A stretch of DNA of 63,937 nucleotides, filler included, from an uncultured bacterium (GCA_964471275.1; 12 parts of 12 records of this genome joined end to end with filler, not necessarily neighbours in it), one strand, 5' to 3'; positions 51,875 through 63,597 are shown, counted from the whole stretch's first letter. Made by a program: numbers and translations. Notes: generated from the sequence alone by a model not told the origin.

Positions 51875-53794
51875 CTAGATATCCAGTTCGGCTTCCAGCG
51901 CGTGTTCTTCGATAAAGCGCCGCCTCGGTTCGACCTCGTCCCCCATCAGCATCGAAAACAGGTGCTCGGCCTCCAGCACGTCCTCGTGAGACACCCGCAA
52001 CAGCGTCCGTAGGTCAGGATCCATTGTTGTGTTCCAGAGTTGATCGGGATTCATCTCGCCGAGACCCTTGTATCTCTGGACCATCACGCCCTTTGGATCT
52101 TCTCCATATTCCGCGAGGAGCTCGTCCCGCTCCGACTCGTTGAACGCGTAGTCTTCACTCTTGCCCTTCTTCACCAGGAACAGCGGTGGCTGTGCGATGT
52201 AGACACGACCGTCATCGATCATTGGACGCATATATCGGTAGAAAAATGTCAGCAGAAGGCACCGAATGTGCGATCCATCGACATCGGCATCGGCCATGAC
52301 GATGATCTTGCCGTAGCGTAACCGGTCAATATCGAAATCTTCCCCGATACCGGCGCCAAGTGCGAGAATCATCGGATGCAGTTTGTCGTTTGCCAGGACG
52401 CGGTCGATACGGGCCTTCTCGACGTTCAGCATCTTCCCCCACAGCGGCAGGATCGCCTGGAACTCTCGGTTCCTCCCCTGAGCCGCCGATCCCCCGGCAG
52501 AGTCGCCCTCGACCAGGAAAACCTCTGTCTCGTCCTTCTCGTTCGATGAACAATCAAGCAGCTTACCCGGAAGACTGCCGCCTTCGAGCACTCCCTTGCG
52601 ACGAACGAGCTCACGCGCTTTCCGGGCAGCTTCCCGAGCCCGGGCGGCTTCGATCGCCTTCGTCAGGATCTTTTTGACGATGGCCGGATTTTCTTCGAAG
52701 AATTCGTTCAACTTCTCTGAAACAAGAGATTCGACAACACCGCGCACTTCGCTGTTCCCAAGCTTCTGTTTGGTCTGACCCTCGAATTGGGGTTCCGGCA
52801 CCTTTACGCTGATCACGGCGGTAAGCCCCTCGCGCGTATCGTCTCCCGAGAGAGAGAACTTCTCGCTCTTCAGCAGACTGTACTTCGCAGCGTGTGCGTT
52901 CAGCGAACGAGTCAGCGCTGTCCTGAACCCGGTTTCGTGCGTACCGCCCTCCGGTGTATAGATGGTATTTACATAGCTGAAAATATTCTGCGCATACGAA
53001 TCGTTGTATGAAAAGGCGATTTCGGTCCGGACTTCTTCCCGCTCTCCCTCGAATTGTACGGGTTCGTGAACCTGCGATTTGCCTTCGTCGATATACGCCA
53101 CAAAGGCCTTGATTCCACCTTCGTAATGGAACTCCTGTTCGTGGTCGTCCCTCGCGTCCTGCAGGATGATCCGGAGACCGCGGTTGAGGAAAGCGAGCTC
53201 CCTGAGGCGGTGAGCGACGGTTTCCTGGATGAAGTCGACCGTCTCGAATATCTCCGAATCGGGCAGAAAGGTAACCTTGGTCCCGGTCTCACCGGTATGC
53301 TCACCTGCTTCGACGCCCGCATCGGGAAGGCCCCGCTGGTAGCGCTGACGATAGACTCGCCCGTCAGGCTCGATAAGCCGGGAGCTGACCTCAACTTCGC
53401 ACCAGGCCGCCAGACCGTTGACGACGGAGACACCCACCCCGTGAAGACCCCCGGACACGGCATAATTCTGCTTGTCGAACTTCCCCCCTGCGTGCAGAAC
53501 AGTCATGACGACTTCTAAGGCTGATCGCCCCTCGCCCGCGTGTTCGTCGATCGGGATACCGCGACCGTTGTCGATCACGGTTGCAGAGCCGTCCGTGTTG
53601 AGCGCAACGGTAATGGTGTCGCAGTGACCAGCCATCGCTTCATCAACGGCATTGTCAACAAGCTCCCAGATCAGGTGGTGCAGACCATTCACACCGGTAT
53701 CCCCGATATACATGGCGGGACGTTTGCGTACAGCCTCCAGCCCCTTTAAGACCTGGATATTGCCGGCACTATAGTGGTTTTCTGCTTCTGCCAT
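51875..53794 (-). CDS. gyrB: DNA gyrase subunit B
   Basis: VRKRPAMYIG, ELVDNAVDE, SGGLHGVG, VEGDSAGG, DADVDG and RYKGLGEMN motifs. Confidence 0.97.
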   Translation of the reverse strand: MAEAENHYSAGNIQVLKGLEAVRKRPAMYIGDTGVNGLHHLIWELVDNAVDEAMAGHCDTITVALNTDGSATVIDNGRGIPIDEHAGEGRSALEVVMTVLHAGGKFDKQNYAVSGGLHGVGVSVVNGLAAWCEVEVSSRLIEPDGRVYRQRYQRGLPDAGVEAGEHTGETGTKVTFLPDSEIFETVDFIQETVAHRLRELAFLNRGLRIILQDARDDHEQEFHYEGGIKAFVAYIDEGKSQVHEPVQFEGEREEVRTEIAFSYNDSYAQNIFSYVNTIYTPEGGTHETGFRTALTRSLNAHAAKYSLLKSEKFSLSGDDTREGLTAVISVKVPEPQFEGQTKQKLGNSEVRGVVESLVSEKLNEFFEENPAIVKKILTKAIEAARAREAARKARELVRRKGVLEGGSLPGKLLDCSSNEKDETEVFLVEGDSAGGSAAQGRNREFQAILPLWGKMLNVEKARIDRVLANDKLHPMILALGAGIGEDFDIDRLRYGKIIVMADADVDGSHIRCLLLTFFYRYMRPMIDDGRVYIAQPPLFLVKKGKSEDYAFNESERDELLAEYGEDPKGVMVQRYKGLGEMNPDQLWNTTMDPDLRTLLRVSHEDVLEAEHLFSMLMGDEVEPRRRFIEEHALEAELDI

Positions 53795-53809
53795 AGACTG
53801 CCCTCTCTT

Positions 53810-54142
53810 CTACTTCAAGCGGATCGACGTGATGATATCCGCCCCCAACTGATCGTTGAGCAACCGGATCATGACGGGCAATTCGAACGTCAACCGGTGA
53901 CGCCACGCAGGCTTTGCCACACCCACGATCAACTCGCCGTCTCTGATCCCAACAGCGTCCGAGAAATGTTCGGCCTCCGGACCCAGATGTTCGCGGATCG
54001 TCTGCGACCATAGACCGAGCGCCCGCTGCTCCAGAAGCTTATCCGTGTAACCGCACGCTTCTACAAAAGCGCGTATGGAAGCCCCTGCGTGTTCGATCAT
54101 CCCGCTTCGGTCATCGCCTACCTCAGAGGTCGATCGCCGCAT
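53810..54142 (-). CDS. DUF721/DciA family protein
   Basis: Lies between recF and gyrB; W..TI..HLG..A....GELIVGV..PAWRHRL pattern. Confidence 0.75.
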   Translation of the reverse strand: MRRSTSEVGDDRSGMIEHAGASIRAFVEACGYTDKLLEQRALGLWSQTIREHLGPEAEHFSDAVGIRDGELIVGVAKPAWRHRLTFELPVMIRLLNDQLGADIITSIRLK

Positions 54143-54852
54143 ACCCGCGTCCTTTGAGATCAAGATCGGGATCACGTGCTGTAGCGAGGATACTCTGGCC
54201 ATACGACCCGATCAGGTCGAGAACCGCGTTCGCGCGCTTTTGATCGAGTTCGGAGAAAATGTCATCCATCAACAGCACCGGTTTGAAACCGGTCTCAGCG
54301 GTCAGGTAATCCGCCTCCGAGAGCTTCCACGCAAGAAGCACGCTCTTCATCTGGCCCTTCGAGCCAAACTTGTGGATAGGATGACCATCGAGGCAGAAGA
54401 CCATCTGGTCTCGATGGGGCCCGACCAGCGTGTAGCCAACGTTTGCTTCTTCGGCGCGCTTCTCTGCCATAGCAGACTCAAGCGCCTTGCTCGTCTCGAC
54501 CCGGTTTTCACCAAGAGACGGGCACCGGTAGCTCACCGATAACGCCTCCCCTGCGGAAGAGATCTCGGCATACACGATCTGTAGCGGTTCCCGCATCCGG
54601 TCAAGGGCATCGATCCGCTGATGGATGACGCGTGAACCTATCTCGCTTAGCTGCTGATCCCACGGAATCAAGGCCGCGGGGTTCTGGGTCAGTTGCCACC
54701 CCTGCGTGCGGAGCAACCGATTTCGCTGGGAAAGGGTCCGCCGATACTGTTCCAGATCCGACAGATACGCTGTGCTCGACTGGGAGACGAGAATGTCCAG
54801 AAGTCTTCGACGTTCCGAAGGGTCTCGTAGAACGAGATCGACATCTTCCGGA
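54123..54852 (-). CDS. recF: DNA replication/repair protein RecF (5' truncated)
   Basis: RRRLLDI, VGPHRD, FGSKGQ and LLMDDIFSELD motifs. Confidence 0.93.
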
Positions 54853-54952
54853 NNNNNNNNNNNNNNNNNNNNNNNNNNNNNNNNNNNNNNNNNNNNTTAA
54901 TTAATTAANNNNNNNNNNNNNNNNNNNNNNNNNNNNNNNNNNNNNNNNNNNN

Positions 54953-55113
54953 TGCTCGTAGTAGAAATATCCTGAGTGATCTAGCGACGGGACTAACTCC
55001 AGCAATTCGCTTCGTTTCTCATCGCCACAATACCGGCTATCACATTCGACCAGAAGGTTGGGACGTTCGCGCTTCAAAGATTCCACACCGCCCTACTAAA
55101 TACCTAGCTCTGC
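54953..55113 (-). pseudogene. Remnant resembling an FkbM-family methyltransferase C-terminus
   Basis: Manual translation ELGI**GGVESLKRERPNLLVEC...GYFY, with in-frame stops and no N-terminus. Confidence 0.45.
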
Positions 55114-55313
55114 GGCTCCCGTTACCGCGTTCTCCCCTTAAACAGGGCTTTCCGCATTCACTTGCGGAACCACCCGGTGAGCCTTACCCTACCGACTCGC
55201 GGGACATAGCGCGAGTTACATCCGCCCTGTGCCGTGCTCTCTTCTCTTAGCCACGAGTTCGCACGCTATTCAGAAACGCCTTCCTGTTCCATAGATCCCG
55301 AGGTACACAACTC

Positions 55314-56390
55314 TTGTCCTGCTATTCCTTCACCAAGAAGCCTGCTCTCTTCCCGATGCCCACCAACATCCCCGAACCTGGCCCGTACTATACCTGTCTG
55401 GTTCCAATGAAGGGTCTGGATGGCTTCCCTTTCGACTACGCACTCTACTTCTCTCCGGACCACCATCGAGGAGAGGGTGGTATCTGGCTCTATGTCTGCA
55501 ACGGAGACCCTCTCGACTCTGCCAACTGGCTCTCGTATGAAGATGCGAGTGTGGCCGGACACTTTGATCACATCGCTCAGAGGCCTGAAGCCAATCCAAT
55601 CCACCTCGACAATGTGCAGGGCACGGGACACACCGAGACACCCCACGCCAACATCGTCGACGGTGTCGTCCATATGACCTACCACAAGAACGGTATCGAG
55701 CAGACACAACGGACGATACTCGCAACCTCGACCGATGGCGTCAACTTCACGCGTCTGAACGGTGATGAAGACTCAGTCGTCCTGACCTACAACGTCGAGA
55801 CCGACGTGGGCGACGGCCACACCGGCTACTTTCGCTGGTCCGAGAACCCCTTCCCGGGCATCTCTCAGAAATACGTCGGCTACTCCCTCCACGGCGGCGG
55901 AGACGACTACCATTCCGCCATCTGGGCCTCTGATGATGCCACAGTCTGGAAACGTCTCGACATCCTGACACCGCTTGAAGATCTTGCGGTCGACTGTGAG
56001 GATATGATCCTCATCTGGCACGAGATCGACCCCGACTCGATCCGTCCGTTGGGTAACGGCGAATTCGTCGCCATCGCGGGTGTTGGCAATCGCGCATCGG
56101 GCGGGGTTGCCCGTATAACCGAACTCTACGAGATCTTCCTCGCCGAGGACGGACGCACCCTGACCCGTCAAAGCCGCCGTATTCTCCCCGTCGAGACCGG
56201 CGATGCCCCGGACACAGAAGAACTCTCCTCTCCCACTTCGGTCGTCCTCAACGGCATCACTCACCTCATCTACGTCGGCGCTACAGCAGAAGGAACCGTC
56301 AACACGGTTCTGGGAGCCACAGGCACGCTTGACGTGTCGAGTCTCCCCGTGGAACTCCCTGACGAGGATCGAGGGAAGCACATCTATTAG
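55314..56390 (+). CDS. Hypothetical protein, probable beta-propeller glycoside-hydrolase-like fold
   Basis: YALYFSPDH, HTETP, LATSTDGVNF and WASDDATVW motifs; start uncertain. Confidence 0.6.
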   Translation: MSCYSFTKKPALFPMPTNIPEPGPYYTCLVPMKGLDGFPFDYALYFSPDHHRGEGGIWLYVCNGDPLDSANWLSYEDASVAGHFDHIAQRPEANPIHLDNVQGTGHTETPHANIVDGVVHMTYHKNGIEQTQRTILATSTDGVNFTRLNGDEDSVVLTYNVETDVGDGHTGYFRWSENPFPGISQKYVGYSLHGGGDDYHSAIWASDDATVWKRLDILTPLEDLAVDCEDMILIWHEIDPDSIRPLGNGEFVAIAGVGNRASGGVARITELYEIFLAEDGRTLTRQSRRILPVETGDAPDTEELSSPTSVVLNGITHLIYVGATAEGTVNTVLGATGTLDVSSLPVELPDEDRGKHIY

Positions 56391-56651
56391 AGCAGGCGAA
56401 GGAACACCCCGTTTGATTCCGCCCTTCGATGCTGCGATCGAGTTCCGCCAGCCCCAGGCGACGTTCTATCATCATCCCGGTGTCCACTCCCGAACACCAC
56501 CTGTCCCAATACCGAACACATCCCCTACCTGTCTCCCTCGAAAAACCGCATCACGCCGGCCTTTTCGTATCTAACACCCCTCTTGCATAATACGGACCCC
56601 ATATCCATCTCGTTTGTCTGACCCACCGAGCCCTTTCACCTGTTCCTCTGC

Positions 56652-58467
56652 CAGAAGACCTATTCGCTGATCAACGTTGCCGGTCTCTCAGTTTGCCTTG
56701 CCTGCAGCTTCATAATTCTCCTTTGGGTGAGCGACGAACTCTCGATCAACCGCTTCCACACCAAAGGCGATAGAATCTACCGTGTCATGCAGAACTACCA
56801 CGCCATCAGCATCATCCACACCTGGCACTCGATTCCGGCACCGGTCGCCGGTGCAATCGATGAACAGTTCCCGGCGGTCACCCACACGGTTCTAGTGTCC
56901 GGTAACCGAAGCCGAAACACGTGGCTTAATCATTGGGGCAACAGCAGTGCACGGCTCTACGTCAAGATCGCAGATGATGCTACGCAAAAAGATGTGGAAG
57001 AGCAGATCCGAACAGTCGTCAATGACAACCACACATCGATCAACTCCTTCCTCTTTCTGCAGCCTCTGGAGGACATGCATCTCTATTCGCAATTCGACAA
57101 CGGCCTTCCCGCAGGCGGCCCGATCGAGTATGTTCGAATTTTCGCGATCGTAGCAGTCTTCTTCCTGCTGATCGCCGGAATCAACTACACGAACCTCGCG
57201 ACAGCACGCTCGACGCTGCGTTTGCAGGAGATCGGTGTCAGAAAAGCGGTTGGCGCAAGTCAGGCATGGTTGATTGCCCAGTTCACGGGCGAATCTATTC
57301 TGTTGACCGCCCTGTCGACGATGATCGCGGCGAGCACGATCCAGTTGTCGATGCTCTGATTTAACGACATGACAGACAAGGAAATCCTCCTCGACTTCTC
57401 CAATCCCGGACTCCTGGCAGCCTTCATCGTCATCTCCCTGACAACGGGAATCGTCGGTGGACTGTATCCGGCGATCTATCTCTCCGGCTTCCACCCCGTT
57501 CGGATCCTGCGAGGCACGCACAAGAGCAAGCCGGGATCTGGCAGACTCAGACAGGGTCTGGTCATCTTCCAGTTCTGCTGGTCAATTCTGCTGATCATCG
57601 GCACGCTCACCGTCTACAATCAGCTGATGTACAGCCAGAGCAAGAACCTGGATCTGGAGCAGAAGAACCTGCTGTACATGACGCTGGAAGGGCAAGCGAA
57701 GGAGAAGTACCGGGCCTTCAGGGATGAGCTGCTCAAGAACCCCGAGTTCCTGGAAGTCACACGGTCGGATCAGAATCTGCTTTCAGTGGGATCATCGACA
57801 TCGAACCCAAAGTGGGAAGGAAAGGACCCCGATTCAGTCTACGAGATCAAAATCATCAACGCCGGCTACAACTTTGTGAACACGATGAAGGTGGACCTCA
57901 GCGAAGGAAGAGGATTCGTCGCCGATCGCGATCTCCCCGCATTCAAGGACAACATGAATTTTATCATCAACGAGAAGCTTGCGCGTATCGTGGGAGCGAA
58001 GACCACGTTGGGACAGCAGTTGCGCTTCAGGGGAGACACGGGGACAATCATCAGTGTCGTAAAGGATTTTCACATCAGTTCGCTGCACAACCCGATCGCT
58101 CCCCTGATCATTCGGCTGGACCCGGGCCGAGGCAGGCGGCTTTTCGCCCGAATCGCACCGGGTAAAGAAGAGCGCGCGATCGAAGTCCTGTCAGAGCTGC
58201 ACGACAGATTCAACCCGGGATTCCCGCTGACCTACCGATTCGTGAATGAGGACTTCGATCGGACTTACCGCAATGAAACCGTCCTGGGTGAGTTGGCCAC
58301 CTGATCGGTCTGCTTTCCCGCGACTTCATCAAGCTTGTCGTGATCGCCTTCGCGATTGCCGTCCCTGCGCCGGTGTCCTCTCTGTTGCCATCGTCTGGGC
58401 CACCGTCAGCTCCCAGCCCATCCGCGTTGCCCGCAACAGCCCGGCCGAGTCCCTCAAGAACGAGTAG
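56652..58467 (+). pseudogene. Fragmented MacB/FtsX-type ABC permease
   Basis: YSLINVAGL..DELS..FH....IYRV, INYTNLATARS..EIGVRKAVGA, GLYPAIYLS, VVKDFH..SLH, LLSRDFIKLV and ..NSPAESLKNE*; in-frame TGA at 57357-57359, deletions and frameshifts. Confidence 0.85.
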
Positions 58468-58646
58468 ACCGAACAGTCTGTCTCGATCCGACAAGAATCA
58501 ACCGGCACACAGACTCAAGGACGCAGTCTCTACGATCTCTGATCTCCTCTGTGATCTTGGTTCTGTATCCACGAGACCCGGTAGCCCCCCTGAGTTCTCA
58601 ACATCCGGCCTTCTGTGCTCCCGGCTCCTTGCCCACGCTCTCCTCG

Positions 58647-60084
58647 CTACCTCGCCGCTTCCAGCCTCACGTGTATCTTCCCCTGCCCCGGGGAATCATC
58701 CTTCGACAGCCCATACTCAATCGTAATCATACCTGTCCGCGTCTGTGTCTGCAACCCTGCCCCATACCCCACGGCACGAATCCAGCCCGTGCCCACCGAC
58801 GCCGGAGGACGCAGCACCCCACCATCACCAAACAGATACGCCCGCGCACCACGACCCAGATTCCTCAAAATCGCTAGATTGGCCCAGACCGCGTGTTCCA
58901 CGAGGAAGTGCTCCTCCACATAACCCCGAAGTGTTCTCGATCCACCGACCCTGATCAGCGCATTTGGACCCGGTTCCTGATCCTGGATCAGGCCTTCCGA
59001 CTGCACCCGCAGACCAAGCGTCGTTTGCTCGTTAACCGGTCGAAACAGTGATGTCGCGACCTGATACCGGATTCGGCTGAACTCCGACTTCCAATCATCG
59101 TCTGTGACGGTATCCCACGTTCCAGATCCCCGAACACGCCATCCACGTGTAGGAAGCCGCCGTCTGTCCCGCCGATCCCAATCGATTGCTCCTCCCACCG
59201 ACCAGATGCCCTGGTGGCCGAAAGAGACGATCTCAACAGAATCCGGTCTCACGGTTGTCCGCTCCAGGGAGACGGAAACCTCAGTATCTGGTGCCGGACG
59301 ATATGCGATACCCAGCGTTAGCCCCGACTCGACAAAACCGGGGCGCTGCCTGTGTTCCACACTCGCCTGCCCGCGGAACGGTTTACCCAGGAGCCAGGGC
59401 TCCATATACCAGATCTGTAAGTCCGAACTCGACGGCACCGGTCGATCCCAGAAGAAGCCCGCGCCTCGTCCCGATCCGCCCAGATTGTCACTCTCGAATC
59501 GTATCCGCCCGACCCAGCTGTAGGACCCATCGACTCTCGGCAGCAGACCAACTCCGCCTTCGATCGTCGTCGATTTCGCTTCCTGCACCGCGTAGTGAAT
59601 CGCGTAGCGTCCAGTTCTCGCGTCCTGTTCGATGACCGGATCCGCAACGGCCAGCAGCCACGGGAGCCGCCTCAAGACGCGTGTCGCTTCATCGACGACG
59701 CGCTGATCGTAAACCCCGCCCGTCACCAGGCCGCTCTCTCTGAGCAGCACATCGACCTTCGTCGCAACCAATCCCGAGAACCGTACCGCATCGATCGACA
59801 CACGGGGTCCGGCGTCGATTCCCCAGACAACATTCACGACCGATGCCCCCGGGGCGATTCGCACATCCGGCACAATCGCCGCATACGGGTATCCGATCCG
59901 CTCAAAAAGGTCCATCAGTGCCTCAGCATCGCCTTGCAGACTCCCCCTTCGCAGAGGATCCCCCTTCCGCGTGTCGACGATCGCCTCCAGCTGCTCGAGT
60001 GGCACCGGCAGCTCTCCCGAGAAACCTACCGTCCCTACCCTCGTCTGTCCTCCCTCCCGCACTCCAAACACCACGACCAACCCG
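58647..60084 (-). CDS. Omp85 (BamA/TamA) family outer-membrane protein (5' truncated)
   Basis: POTRA-like repeats, NLGGSGR, YMEPWLLG, GGSRTLRGY and GYGAGL motifs. Confidence 0.85.
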
Positions 60085-60352
60085 NNNNNNNNNNNNNNNN
60101 NNNNNNNNNNNNNNNNNNNNNNNNNNNNTTAATTAATTAANNNNNNNNNNNNNNNNNNNNNNNNNNNNNNNNNNNNNNNNNNNNAAGCGATTCCCGCTGC
60201 CACCCGAGCGCCCGACACCGGCAGACATCTTCCTGGCAAAGTTCAACATCTAGGAGCGGCTGAGGCGCGAGGGCGCAGGAAGCAGGGGAGAGAAACGAAT
60301 TGTAGCCCCTCCGCCCCCGCTCCCGTGCCATCACACACGCAGTTTGGGTTCT

Positions 60353-61456
60353 ATGAATACAGACACCGTATACCTCTTTCGCACCAACATCACCACCAAT
60401 ATCGCCCCCTTCAACCAGTATCGTTCTTTGGCTCGCGAAGGCTTCTCCCGCCTCGATTTCGATCTGCCTGACACCGGTACCATCCTGCTCAAGGCCAACG
60501 CAACCGTCCTCTTCCCGGCAGATGAACGTATCATCACGCATCCCGGATTTCTTGCAGGCATCGCTGACGTCCTGATCGACCACGGCGTTTCCCCTGACAG
60601 GATCGTCTTCGGGGACGGTCAGTCGGGCGAACAGGAGGACAAGGGACACACGTGGGTGGGTGCAGGCTACAGAGAAGCTGCGGACGGACTTGGTGTCCGA
60701 CTTTCCGAGATGAATGGGACTGAGACGCGGTGGGTCGATGTCCCCGACCACGGTATCTGCAATCGATATCCGATCTACACCGAGGTCATAGATTGCGCGT
60801 TCTTCATCAACGTCCCGATCGCAAAGAGTCACAACCTCGGGTGCACTACATTGAGTGTGAAGAACCTGATGGGCATTCTGGGGAAACCCCAACGGCATCT
60901 CTGCAGGGCTCAGGAAGGCGATAAGTCGCTGGGCGATGATTTGTGGCGTGTAACGGACAGCGGCCTCAGCCTGTTCGAGGACCGATTCAACCACAAACTC
61001 TGCGACGTGCTGGCCGCGCTCCGAAGCCTGAACATTCCCCGGTTCGCGGTCGTCGACGGTCTGATCGGACGCGACGGAACCGCCTTCAAGGAAGGCGACA
61101 ACTACCCGCTCGGCTGGACTCTGATCGGAGAGAACGAAGTCCACGTAGATGCCATCGGAACTTATCTGATGGGTCTCAATCCGACCCGGACACCGTTTCT
61201 TCGGGTTGCAAACGAACGGGGTCTAGGCGAGATCGATCCTGCTGCGATAGAGATCATCGACATCGCCACAGGCAAGTCGCTCTCAGGCGATGCATTGGCA
61301 GATCACCGAAGCAACCACATCCTGATGCCCATTGCCCGCCACGAAGGCGGCTACTACGACCGCTTCCGCCAGGATGGCTCCGTCGTCCCCTGGAAGATTG
61401 ACGATGTAAACAGGCAGCGGGTTGCCGATAGCCTGGAACCCATCGCGATAACCTAA
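60353..61456 (+). CDS. DUF362 domain protein
   Basis: ILLKAN, ITHP, INVPIAKSH..TTLSVKNLMG and VVDGLIG motifs. Confidence 0.8.
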   Translation: MNTDTVYLFRTNITTNIAPFNQYRSLAREGFSRLDFDLPDTGTILLKANATVLFPADERIITHPGFLAGIADVLIDHGVSPDRIVFGDGQSGEQEDKGHTWVGAGYREAADGLGVRLSEMNGTETRWVDVPDHGICNRYPIYTEVIDCAFFINVPIAKSHNLGCTTLSVKNLMGILGKPQRHLCRAQEGDKSLGDDLWRVTDSGLSLFEDRFNHKLCDVLAALRSLNIPRFAVVDGLIGRDGTAFKEGDNYPLGWTLIGENEVHVDAIGTYLMGLNPTRTPFLRVANERGLGEIDPAAIEIIDIATGKSLSGDALADHRSNHILMPIARHEGGYYDRFRQDGSVVPWKIDDVNRQRVADSLEPIAIT

Positions 61457-61588
61457 CGGCTTTCGGGGTAGAGGTAGCAGAGGGAAGATGCATCACCCCT
61501 GCCCCCTGCCCCTCTATGCTAGCAGCAACATATCGCGAAGCAATCGTGCAGAACTGCTTCAACCTGTCACTCATCGGATCAGCTACTC

Positions 61589-62356
61589 ATGCCCATCCTC
61601 GATCGTTTCTCACTGACCGGTAAGACCGTCCTCATTACGGGTGCAGGACGTGGTATCGGCGAATCGCTCGCCCTTGCGCTTGCGGAAGCCGGGGCCGATG
61701 TGGCGGTCCTCGACCTCGATCTGAGAAGCGCCGAAGCGACGGCTGAGTCCATTCGCGGTCTCGGCCGGCTGAGCCTCGCACTGCACGCCGATGTCCGATC
61801 ACCGGGCCAGGTAAGCTCAGCTGTATCCGCCGTTCTCGAATCGTGGGGCAAACTTGACATCGGTGTGAACAACGCAGGCGTCGCGAAAGCTCAACCGTCG
61901 ATCGAGGTGACGGAGGAAGACTGGGATCACATTGTTGACGTCGATCTCAAGGGCGTCTTTCTCTGTGCGCAGGCCGAAGGTCGCGCAATGCTGGAACGCG
62001 GATCAGGCTGCATCATCAACGTCGCCTCGATGTCTGCAGGAATCACGAACCGTCCCCAGTTGCACGTACACTATAACGCGGCCAAAGCCGGGGTTGTACA
62101 GCTCACACGCACGCTGGCCGCCGAGTGGTCGTCCCGCGGTGTTCGCGTAAACGCCATCAGCCCGGGGCATATGCTCACACCGATGACTGCCTCGATGGAT
62201 GAAGAAAGCAAACAGACCTGGATATCCAACACACCGGCTGCTCGAAACGGCACACCCGCTGACCTCCAGGGGGCCGCTGTCTACCTTGCATCGGACGTTT
62301 CGAGTTTCGTCACCGGCCACGACCTCATAATCGACGGGGGATACACGCTCTGGTAA
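61589..62356 (+). CDS. SDR family oxidoreductase (sugar/polyol dehydrogenase-like)
   Basis: TGAGRGIG, NNAG, YNAAK and VNAISPG motifs. Confidence 0.93.
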   Translation: MPILDRFSLTGKTVLITGAGRGIGESLALALAEAGADVAVLDLDLRSAEATAESIRGLGRLSLALHADVRSPGQVSSAVSAVLESWGKLDIGVNNAGVAKAQPSIEVTEEDWDHIVDVDLKGVFLCAQAEGRAMLERGSGCIINVASMSAGITNRPQLHVHYNAAKAGVVQLTRTLAAEWSSRGVRVNAISPGHMLTPMTASMDEESKQTWISNTPAARNGTPADLQGAAVYLASDVSSFVTGHDLIIDGGYTLW

Positions 62357-62359
62357 GAA

Positions 62360-62444
62360 CAGCAGAGGAACGGGGGCAGCAAGGTGGCAGGGGCGAGAAT
62401 TGCTTTTCACCCCTGCTCCCCTGCACCTCCGCCTCCCTGCTGCC
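62360..62444. repeat. Purine-arm/pyrimidine-arm imperfect palindrome (relatives at 60263-60330 and 61465-61516)
   Basis: GCAG(A/G)GG-type units followed by complementary CCCCTGC units. Confidence 0.6.
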
Positions 62445-62463
62445 TAACTGATCGGATCGCCTT

Positions 62464-63480
62464 ATGAATGAGCTCTTCAAAAAGCAACCTTTCACCGCTC
62501 ACCGAGAAGCCTCCTGGTCCCGCGATGGCTACAACCGAGACTGGCGCATCCTTCAGCCCGGTGAAACGCTTATCCTCGCCGAACTCGAAGGTCCCGGGGC
62601 GGTCACCCATCTCTGGTTCGCTATAGACAACGACCACGGCGTCACCGACTCGCTGTTTCCGCGTAAAGCCGTCCTGCGAATGTATTGGGACGACCATGCC
62701 GAACCGAGCGTCAACGTACCCGTGGGCGATTTCTTCGGCATCGGCCACGGCCGTGTCGCCAACTACACCTCCGCTCTCTTCGACATGTCGATCAACCCCG
62801 ATGAGCAGCGGGGCGCCTTCAACAGCTGGGTCACGATGCCCTTCGCGAAGAATGCGCGAATCGAATTGGAGAACGAATCGGACACGGTCGTCCGGATCTT
62901 CTACTACGTGGACTCTCAGAAATGGGAAGACTTCCCGGAAGACACGCTGTATTTCCACAGCGCCTGGCGATGCGAGATGCCCTGCGAAGCCGCACCGAAG
63001 GTAGACGGAAAGGAGGGATCGAACCTAACGGGTGACGCAAACTACCTGATCCTCGAAGCAGCCGGATCCGGCACGTACATCGGCTGTAACCTGAGCATCA
63101 ACAACCAAGTGGGTGGCTGGTGGGGAGAGGGAGACGATATCATCTTCATCGACGGTGAGTCCTTCTCCGGATCACTTCACGGCACAGGCTCGGAAGATTA
63201 CTTCTGCCACGCCTGGGGTATGCAGGCAAACTGCTATCCCTACGCCGGCACGTCATTGTTCAACCGCGATCACACGAACTGGGAAGGTCCGTGGACGATG
63301 TATCGCCTCCACGTACCCGATCCGATACCATTCAGGAAATCGATCCGTGTCACAATCGAACACGGCCACAACAACCATCGTTCGGACGATTATTCCTCAA
63401 CGGCCTACTGGTATCAGTCCTCGCCTTCACGTGTCTGGCCGCTACCGGAAGTCCAGAAACGCCTGCCGCGTAGGGAGTGA
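62464..63480 (+). CDS. DUF2961 / glycoside hydrolase family 172-like protein
   Basis: GPGAVTHLWF, LRMYWDD..EPSV.VPVGDFFG, WWGEGD, GTGSEDYF and IEHGH motifs. Confidence 0.9.
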   Translation: MNELFKKQPFTAHREASWSRDGYNRDWRILQPGETLILAELEGPGAVTHLWFAIDNDHGVTDSLFPRKAVLRMYWDDHAEPSVNVPVGDFFGIGHGRVANYTSALFDMSINPDEQRGAFNSWVTMPFAKNARIELENESDTVVRIFYYVDSQKWEDFPEDTLYFHSAWRCEMPCEAAPKVDGKEGSNLTGDANYLILEAAGSGTYIGCNLSINNQVGGWWGEGDDIIFIDGESFSGSLHGTGSEDYFCHAWGMQANCYPYAGTSLFNRDHTNWEGPWTMYRLHVPDPIPFRKSIRVTIEHGHNNHRSDDYSSTAYWYQSSPSRVWPLPEVQKRLPRRE

Positions 63481-63597
63481 ACCGACGCGTCCAGAAATAG
63501 GGAAATACATAGTTCTATCCAGACCGCTGTTCTAGACTTATCCGTTTCGTCGAAATTCCAGCCCGAATCCTAACCAGATCTGCCCGAGGGCTTTGCT

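Noticed and set aside
57357..57359. In-frame TGA codons (also 27959-27961) as evidence for TGA recoding or selenocysteine
   Set aside because: Both lie in genes with deletions or truncation, and TGA terminates many intact genes here (lptG, aroE, sdhC).
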